Shown here: positions 39,532 through 45,489 of the stretch, piece by piece
Position numbering within the stretch: position 1 is the stretch's first letter
Layout of the letters: each line of letters begins with the position of its first letter
Assembly: GCA_031409655.1 (NCBI GenBank)
Contig: JANNXQ010000043.1
Span: 1-45,489, forward strand
DNA from: Chthoniobacteraceae bacterium
GTDB lineage: Bacteria; Verrucomicrobiota; Verrucomicrobiia; Chthoniobacterales; Chthoniobacteraceae
Direction: 5' to 3'
Length of the DNA: 45,489 bases
Translations under genes and position numbers: made by a program
The notes under the pieces: generated by a model
The model's database searches: none
What the model saw: the letters and a program-made list of their open reading frames with translations, nothing else
Told to the model about the DNA's origin: nothing

Positions 39532-40698
39532 GTGTCATTGAAGTTCGACGTAATCGTAGTCGGGGGCGGGCCCGCCGGCAGTTTCGCCGCGTGGCTGCTC
39601 GCCCGACAGGGTCGGCGGGTGGCACTTTTGGATCGGGAAAATTTTCCGCGCGACAAAGTTTGCGGCGGCGGACTTTCCCGCAAGGCGATCGAGCTTCTGC
39701 CCTTCGATCTCTCGCCGCTTATCCATGCCCGGGTGCGGGAGGTGTCGCTGCAGTTTGCGGGTTGCGAGAGCGTCGAGTTCGACGCGGGCGCGGGCGCGGG
39801 CTGCACGGTGGTGCGCCGCGAGTTCGACCATTTTCTGGTCGCGCAGGCGATCGCGGCTGGGGTGCATTTTTTTCCCGCGACGCCGGCCTTGCGCATCGAA
39901 GCCGAAGCGGGCGGCGTGCGGGTGGCCTCGATCCAGCACACCTTCCATGGAGCATGGCTGGTCGGCGCGGATGGAGTCGGCAGCCGCGTGCGCCGGCAAA
40001 TCTTTGGGCCCAATGGGGTGCGCTACGTTCCGGCGATCGAGATGCTCGTCGAACCTGACCCCGCGACCATGAAGCGCTTCGCTGGGCGGGCTCTTTTGGA
40101 TATGGGAGGAATGACCCAGGGTTATGGCTGGGTTTTTCCCAAGCGCGACCACCTCAATGTGGGGGTGTTTTCAATCTTCGGCGGGCGCGGCATCCGTGCC
40201 GATCTCGATCGTTTTGTGGCCCACGATCCGGCGCTGGCCCGCGCCAGGGTGCGCGCCCGCGCTGGCCACAATATCCCGCTGGCGAGCCAGTGTGAGTGTG
40301 AGCGGGGTCGCGTCTGGTTGCTTGGCGACGCCGCAGGATTTGCGGACTCGATGTTCGGTGAAGGGATCTTTTATGCCTTGCAGAGCGCGGCCCTCGCGGC
40401 GCGCTGCTTTGCCCAATCTGGCGGCGCGCCCGCGTGTGGTGATTACGCCCGCCTGGTGCGCAAGCATCTGCTGCCAGAGTTTCGTGCAGCCCATGTCCTG
40501 GCTCGCGCATTTTTCCGGTGGCCGCGTTTTGCCTATCGGCGGATCACCGCGCGCGCGCGAATGCTGGGATGGTTCTCGGGATTGATCACCGGTGAGGTCA
40601 GCTATCGGCAATGTCTCAGCCGCTCATTGGTCACCGCGCCCTGGTGGTTGCTGAGCAACGTTACCGCCCGCCCTTCAGCGAGCCCACGGCCGTTGTAG
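39532..40698 (+). CDS. Geranylgeranyl reductase family flavoprotein
   Basis: VGGGPAGS, FPRDKVCGGG, RREFD, GADGVGS, GYGWVFPK, GDAAG, GEGIFYA; GTG start 3 nt after the upstream stop. Confidence 0.88.
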   Translation: MSLKFDVIVVGGGPAGSFAAWLLARQGRRVALLDRENFPRDKVCGGGLSRKAIELLPFDLSPLIHARVREVSLQFAGCESVEFDAGAGAGCTVVRREFDHFLVAQAIAAGVHFFPATPALRIEAEAGGVRVASIQHTFHGAWLVGADGVGSRVRRQIFGPNGVRYVPAIEMLVEPDPATMKRFAGRALLDMGGMTQGYGWVFPKRDHLNVGVFSIFGGRGIRADLDRFVAHDPALARARVRARAGHNIPLASQCECERGRVWLLGDAAGFADSMFGEGIFYALQSAALAARCFAQSGGAPACGDYARLVRKHLLPEFRAAHVLARAFFRWPRFAYRRITARARMLGWFSGLITGEVSYRQCLSRSLVTAPWWLLSNVTARPSASPRPL

Positions 40699-40804
40699 AA
40701 GCGCAGGATTGCGCGCCAGGATAAAACAGCGAGACGGGAACCCGCCACCTGCACGCGCCAAGGCCTGGCTGAGCATCGCTCGACCGGGCCTGTACGTTCG
40801 GCAT

Positions 40805-41044
40805 TCAGAGCGTCGCTCCGGGATCCTTGGTTGGGAGCATGAGGAGCTTGCTCGTCAGCTTGTCGTTTCCGCTTAGATTCACGGGAACGATTTCGAGAAT
40901 CCCGGAAGGCCCATTGCTCGGGGTGGTAAAGTTCACCTCCGTCGGCGGGTTGCGCACCTTCGCGACCGTGCGGCCCGCGGCATCGGTGGGAGCGTATGGG
41001 ACCGTAAACTCACCCGGGCCGGCCTCTCCCGCGGCCACCGGCAA
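40805..41044 (-). other. Possible gene remnant (short beta-rich ORF, no convincing start)
   Basis: Open frame from the stop at 41090-41092 to 40805 with only a TTG start near its 5' end; no family recognised. Confidence 0.2.
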
Positions 41045-41165
41045 CCGCTCGTTGCCTTTGCAGAGGAAACTAAAACCGTCTCTGAATGTTTAATGCGCTG
41101 CCCATTGAAACTTGGCGGCTGATTTGGAAAAAGGCCCACTTTCTGCAAGCGGCCTGCAGATCCTC

Positions 41166-42005
41166 TTAACCCACGACGAGTGTCGCGCAGCAGCGGCACC
41201 AAAGATGCGTGCCGAACATCTCCTGCACTCGCGCACTCAAAACCGCGCCGCCGCTCGATTCGCGGAGCACGGCGAGGACCGTCGCGCCGGAGCCGGACAG
41301 GAGCGCGCCGGCCACTTCCGGTTGTGCGAGCAGCCACATCTTGAGCTGCGCGAGGAAGACGTACTTCTCGAAGACTGGGCGCTCGAGATCGTTGACCAGT
41401 TCGCCCCACGCGAAGGACTGTGCGGAGTACGAGACGGCGGGAATCTCTTGGGAGTCGCGCCAGCGCTGGTAGGCCCAAGGCGTCGGTACCCCGAAGGGCG
41501 GCTTGATGAGCAGCAGCGGCAGCGGGTGAGCGAAGGCGCAGGGCGTCACCACTTCACCCCGGCCGCTCACGGTCGCGGCGCTGCGGTGCAGGAAGAAGGG
41601 GACGTCGGATCCGACCTGCGCGGCGATCGCGCTGAGATCGGCGAGGGGAAGCCTGGTTTCGCAAAGCTGGTCGAGCGCGAGCAGCGTGGCGGCGGCGTCG
41701 CTGCTGCCGCCGCCGAGGCCGGCGCCGTGCGGGATCATTTTTCGCAAAGTGATCCGCACGTCTGGAGCGAGGCCGCACGTCGCTCGGAAGAGCTTGTCGG
41801 CGCGCACGACAAGGTTCGTGTCATCGACCGGCAGCGCCGCGTCGTCGCACGCGAATTCGAGACCGTTGCCATCGTGCCGGGTGATCTCGAGCGTGTCGGC
41901 GAGCGAGATCGGCACCATCAGACTTTCGATGTCGTGAAAGCCGTCCTCGCGTCGGCGGTGGACACGGAGGGAGAGGTTGATTTTGGCGGGTGCTAGAATG
42001 GTCAT
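41166..42005 (-). CDS. ispE: 4-diphosphocytidyl-2-C-methyl-D-erythritol kinase
   Basis: APAKINLSL, GFHDIES, KMIPHGAGLGGGSSDAA, GSDVPFF, NDLE, LSGSG. Confidence 0.96.
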   Translation of the reverse strand: MTILAPAKINLSLRVHRRREDGFHDIESLMVPISLADTLEITRHDGNGLEFACDDAALPVDDTNLVVRADKLFRATCGLAPDVRITLRKMIPHGAGLGGGSSDAAATLLALDQLCETRLPLADLSAIAAQVGSDVPFFLHRSAATVSGRGEVVTPCAFAHPLPLLLIKPPFGVPTPWAYQRWRDSQEIPAVSYSAQSFAWGELVNDLERPVFEKYVFLAQLKMWLLAQPEVAGALLSGSGATVLAVLRESSGGAVLSARVQEMFGTHLWCRCCATLVVG

Positions 42006-42015
42006 CGGTGATTTC

Positions 42016-42121
42016 AACGCCAAACTTCAAACGCCAAACGCCAAACATTAAACGGATCGTCGCGCGGCTGGCTTGCGCCGCCGATTTGGCGTTTGGCGTT
42101 TGGCGTTTGAAGTTTGGCGTT
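42016..42121. repeat. Perfect 31-bp inverted repeat built of 7-bp units, 44-bp spacer
   Basis: 42016-42046 aacgccaaacttcaaacgccaaacgccaaac is the exact reverse complement of 42091-42121; units are CAAACGC/CAAACTT. Confidence 0.95.
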
Positions 42122-42128
42122 CATTACG

Positions 42129-42668
42129 TCACTTCATCGGCGCCCTGCGTTCCTTCTTCAGCATCCCGCTCCAAATGGCGCTGTACGGATGCACCACCGT
42201 CGTGGGTTTCCCGTCGCTCAAGAGGGGCCGATCTTGATTTGCCCACTGGAAGATCGAACCCGCGAGATTCTGCACCTTCGTGTAACCCGCCGCGCGCAGC
42301 CGTTCCGCGAGCGCCGATGAGCGATAACCGACCGAGCAGTAGGTGACGATCGGCTGATCCTTCGCGATCCCGGGGTCGAGTTGTGAGGCTGTGGCATCCG
42401 GGTCGATCCGGCGTGCGCCCGCGAGGTGGCTCACGGAAAACTCTGCCGGGGCGCGCACGTCGAGCAGCACCGGCTTCTCGCGCTTCTCGTCGGCGAGCCA
42501 CGCGGCGAGGTCCTGCGTGGCGAGTTGCGGGACGTTTGGAAATTCCTTGGCGATCCGTTTCCGCACTAGCGCCCATTGGACGCCATCCGCCGCACCCAGA
42601 AGCGCGGCCCCGGCGAGGAGGGACACGGTGCCGAGCAGGAACGCCTTCAAGGAGTTGCGGCGCCCCAT
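42129..42668 (-). CDS. Rhodanese-like domain protein with N-terminal signal/membrane anchor
   Basis: LLDVR, EFSVSHLAGA, active-site loop YCSVGYRS, NLAGSIFQW. Confidence 0.9.
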   Translation of the reverse strand: MGRRNSLKAFLLGTVSLLAGAALLGAADGVQWALVRKRIAKEFPNVPQLATQDLAAWLADEKREKPVLLDVRAPAEFSVSHLAGARRIDPDATASQLDPGIAKDQPIVTYCSVGYRSSALAERLRAAGYTKVQNLAGSIFQWANQDRPLLSDGKPTTVVHPYSAIWSGMLKKERRAPMK

Positions 42669-42752
42669 GCTTGAGACTCGGGGCGAGGGCGCCCCTGCTC
42701 CTTGATTTCACCGCGCGCGACCATCGAGTATCCGCGGTGCGGCCGGCGCTCC

Positions 42753-43061
42753 CTACTTCTTCGCCTCTTTGTTCACGAGCCGCACGACGCTGCCGTCCAT
42801 GCCGATCTCCACGCCGAGTTCCTTGCGATCGCCGAGCGGGATGCTCGGGGTGTACATCGCCACCCAGCGCACCTGCTTGCTGGTGATCGACCCCTTCTCC
42901 AGCTTGAGGGAGGAGATGTAATGTTTCCCCTGCAAATTCCGCGACGTGAGTTGCTCCTGCGCAAGCTTCACCGCGCTCTCCGCACTGATCGCGGGTGCTT
43001 CGGCGCGGAGCGCGGAGGTGGAGACGAGGATCGCCCAGAGTGCAAAGAGGAGGCTCTTCAT
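42753..43061 (-). CDS. Small secreted hypothetical protein (PepSY-like pattern possible)
   Basis: Signal peptide MKSLLFALWAILVSTSALRA; ISAESAVKLA...VEIGMDGSVV; lies in the fbaA-rhodanese run. Confidence 0.7.
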   Translation of the reverse strand: MKSLLFALWAILVSTSALRAEAPAISAESAVKLAQEQLTSRNLQGKHYISSLKLEKGSITSKQVRWVAMYTPSIPLGDRKELGVEIGMDGSVVRLVNKEAKK

Positions 43062-43065
43062 GGGA

Positions 43066-44142
43066 TCAGGCGTTGCGTCCGACGCAGTTGAGGTCTTCGA
43101 AGGAAACCAGCAGCCGCTTCGTCGCCGCCTCCTCCGCTGCGCCGAGCCAGGTGCGCGGGTCGTACTGCTTCTTGTTCGGCGCATCGGGGCCTTTCGGATT
43201 GCCGATCTGGCCCTGAAGGTAGTCGTGATTTTTCGCCTCATACTGCCGCACGCCATCCCAGAAAGCCCACTGCACATCGGTATCGAGGTTCATCTTGATC
43301 GCCCCGTAACTGATCGCCTCGCGGATCTCTTCGCGCGTCGAGCCCGAGCCGCCGTGGAAGACGAAGTTCACCGGCTTCGGCCCGGTGCTGAACTTCTTCT
43401 CGATGTACTTTTGCGAGGCATCGAGGATCGCCGGCTTGAGCTTCACATTCCCCGGCTTGTACACGCCATGCACGTTGCCGAAGGCGGCGGCGACGGTGAA
43501 GTTCGGGCTGATTTTCAGCAGCTTCTCGTAGGCTTGCGCCACTTCCTCGGGCTTCGTGTAGAGGCTGGATTCTTCGACACCGGAATTGTCCACGCCGTCC
43601 TCTTCGCCGCCGGTCACGCCGAGTTCGATCTCCAAGGTCATGCCCATCTTCGTCATGCGTTCGAGATACCGCGCGCAGATCTCCAGATTCTCGTGCAGCG
43701 GCTCCTCGGAAAGATCGAGCATGTGCGAGCTGTAGAGCGGCTTCCCGGTCTTTGCGAAGAGCTCCTCGCTCGCCGCCAGCAGCCCATCCACCCAGGGCAG
43801 GAGCTTCTTCGCGCAGTGATCCGTGTTCAGGATCACCGGCACGCCGTAAGCCTTCGCCGCCGCATCCACATAGTGCGCGCCCGCGATGCCGCCGAGCACC
43901 GGCCCGAGCTGATTGTCGCCCTTCACGCCCTTGCCGATGAAGAACTGCGCCCCGCCGTTCGAGAACTGAATCATCGTCGGCGAATTCAGTTCACGAGCCG
44001 CGGCGAGCGTGGCGTTGACGGTATTGGTGCCGATGCAATTGATCGCCGGCAGGGCGAAATGCTGGGCCTTGGCGTAATCGAGGAGTTCCTTCACTTCGTC
44101 CCCGAAGAGGACACCTGCGCGGAAGCGTTTGGTAGCGGACAT
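43066..44142 (-). CDS. fbaA: Class II fructose-bisphosphate aldolase
   Basis: FALPAIN, QFSNGGA, TDHCAKK, SSHMLDLSEE, EIELGVTGGEEDG, FGNVHGVYKPG, FHGGSGS, KMNLDTD. Confidence 0.97.
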   Translation of the reverse strand: MSATKRFRAGVLFGDEVKELLDYAKAQHFALPAINCIGTNTVNATLAAARELNSPTMIQFSNGGAQFFIGKGVKGDNQLGPVLGGIAGAHYVDAAAKAYGVPVILNTDHCAKKLLPWVDGLLAASEELFAKTGKPLYSSHMLDLSEEPLHENLEICARYLERMTKMGMTLEIELGVTGGEEDGVDNSGVEESSLYTKPEEVAQAYEKLLKISPNFTVAAAFGNVHGVYKPGNVKLKPAILDASQKYIEKKFSTGPKPVNFVFHGGSGSTREEIREAISYGAIKMNLDTDVQWAFWDGVRQYEAKNHDYLQGQIGNPKGPDAPNKKQYDPRTWLGAAEEAATKRLLVSFEDLNCVGRNA

Positions 44143-44275
44143 GTCCGCCTTGTACCACGTGAGTCTGCGGCGACAAGTCCAACGACCTGTAATCTGCATT
44201 TTCCCGAAGCAGAGATGGGGGATGCGTCCGGTGTGGCCAGCTTGACTCGCGCACTTCCGGCTGAATGCTCGCGCC

Positions 44276-45034
44276 GTGGATCCCTCTGAGCCAAACGCAC
44301 CGCAGCCAACGGGACCGCCGGGAATCTTCCTGACCACGCGCTGGAGCCGCGTGATTCTGGCGGGCGATTCGACGGCGGCGGAAGCGCACGAGGCGTTGTC
44401 GAGTCTGTGCCGGGATTATTGGCGGCCGTTGTATCACTTTGCGCGGCGGAAGGGGCACTCGCCGGAGGATGCGCAGGATTTCACGCAGGGATTCATCGCC
44501 GGGTTGCTGGCGCAAAATGGGATCGCGCGGGCGGACCGGGAGCGCGGGCGGTTTCGCACGTTTTTGCTTTCGGCATTTTGCCACTATCTCGCCAATCAGC
44601 ATCGCGATCGCTCCGCACAGAAGCGCGGCGGGGAGCATGCGATGCTCTCCCTGGACGACCCTGAGGCGGGCTTTGCGCAGCAGGCGAGCGATGGCGTGAC
44701 TCCGGAGTTGGAATACGAACGCAGTTGGGCGCTGGCGCTTTTGGAGCGGGTAATGGCGCGACTGCGGGAGGAGTATGTGCAGGCGGAACGGCTCGCGCTT
44801 TTTGAGAAGATCCAACCGCATCTCTCGGGTGCCGCGGGGCGTCCTGGGTATGCACGACTCGGGGAGGAGTTGGGGATGAGCGAGGGCGCGATCACGGTGG
44901 CGATGCATCGGATGCGGCGGCGCTACGGCGAGCTGTTGCGGGAGGAGATCGGGGCGACGGTGGCGACGCCGAAGGAGGTCGAGGACGAGCTGCGGCATTT
45001 GATGAACGTGGTGTCGGGTGGCCCCGTGCGATGA
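44276..45034 (+). CDS. ECF-type sigma-70 factor
   Basis: FLTTRWS, LCRDYWRPLY, EDAQDFTQGF, GRFRTFL, region 4 LGMSEGAITVAMHRMRRRY; GTG start. Confidence 0.88.
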   Translation: MDPSEPNAPQPTGPPGIFLTTRWSRVILAGDSTAAEAHEALSSLCRDYWRPLYHFARRKGHSPEDAQDFTQGFIAGLLAQNGIARADRERGRFRTFLLSAFCHYLANQHRDRSAQKRGGEHAMLSLDDPEAGFAQQASDGVTPELEYERSWALALLERVMARLREEYVQAERLALFEKIQPHLSGAAGRPGYARLGEELGMSEGAITVAMHRMRRRYGELLREEIGATVATPKEVEDELRHLMNVVSGGPVR

Positions 45035-45084
45035 TCTTTTTCTGAAAGGTTTTGCGGCTGACCGGTAAGAACTGGCTGAACCCA

Positions 45085-45489
45085 ATGCCATCAACGAACC
45101 CACCCGAACCGCCGAACGTGTGCGGCGTATGCGGCACGCCGCTCAACGCGGGGCGGCTCGGCGCGCAGTGTCCGCGGTGTCTGCTGAGCCTCGGGAGCAG
45201 CTTCGGGCTGCCGGGCGATGAGGTGGAAAGCGACGCGCTGCTCGATCCGCATCAGGTGCGCAGTTTCGGTGACTACGAGTTGCTGGAGGAGATCGCGCGC
45301 GGCGGGATGGGCGTCGTTTATCGCGCGCGGCAGATCAGTCTGAATCGCGAGGTGGCGGTGAAGATGATCCTCGCCGGCGAACTCGCGGGGAAGGAATCGC
45401 TGCGGATGTTTCAGCGCGAGGCACACGCGGCCGCGAACCTGCATCACCCGAACATCGTGCCGGTGTATGAAATCGGGGAGCACGAGACG
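45085..45489 (+). CDS. Hanks-type Ser/Thr protein kinase with N-terminal Zn-ribbon, partial (runs off window)
   Basis: Translated by hand: [34 protein letters not shown]...[23 protein letters not shown]...VAVKMI...FQREA...[11 protein letters not shown]. Confidence 0.92.
   Translation, partial: MPSTNPPEPPNVCGVCGTPLNAGRLGAQCPRCLLSLGSSFGLPGDEVESDALLDPHQVRSFGDYELLEEIARGGMGVVYRARQISLNREVAVKMILAGELAGKESLRMFQREAHAAANLHHPNIVPVYEIGEHET

Noticed and set aside
39784..39801. (GCGGGC)x3 microsatellite in the reductase gene
   Set aside because: In-frame Ala-Gly codons; short and unremarkable at this GC content.
42016..42121. CRISPR array or classic intrinsic terminator
   Set aside because: Repeats are inverted with no unique spacers or cas genes, and there is no clear U-tract after the stem on the coding strand.

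Overview
High-GC bacterial DNA, most likely Verrucomicrobiota/PVC (inferred from PVC-type beta-propeller proteins, a sulfatase array, a verrucomicrobial-type C-terminal domain and an ECF sigma/Ser-Thr kinase pair). 1-18.3 kb is one minus-strand run, apparently for sulfated-glycan use: seven Cys-type sulfatases (one broken by an extra A in an A6 run, two with EF-hand tails), two clan GH-A glycosidases, an esterase and a DUF1080/propeller protein. A divergent AraC regulator follows. 19.7-29.7 kb has two secreted propeller proteins ending in blue-copper domains, a decayed copy of the araC 3' end, and hrpA. The best candidate for an uncharacterised system is 31.0-40.7 kb: a FadL channel divergent from a compact operon of an acetoacetate-decarboxylase-family enzyme, a twin-cyclase STAND NTPase with an atypical specificity site, a carotenoid-desaturase-like flavoprotein and a geranylgeranyl-reductase-like flavoprotein. 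The right end has ispE, a perfect 31-bp heptamer-built inverted repeat, rhodanese, fbaA, an ECF sigma and a partial Zn-ribbon kinase. All family calls come from motifs read by eye; no searches were run. No rRNA, tRNA, CRISPR array or transposase was recognised.
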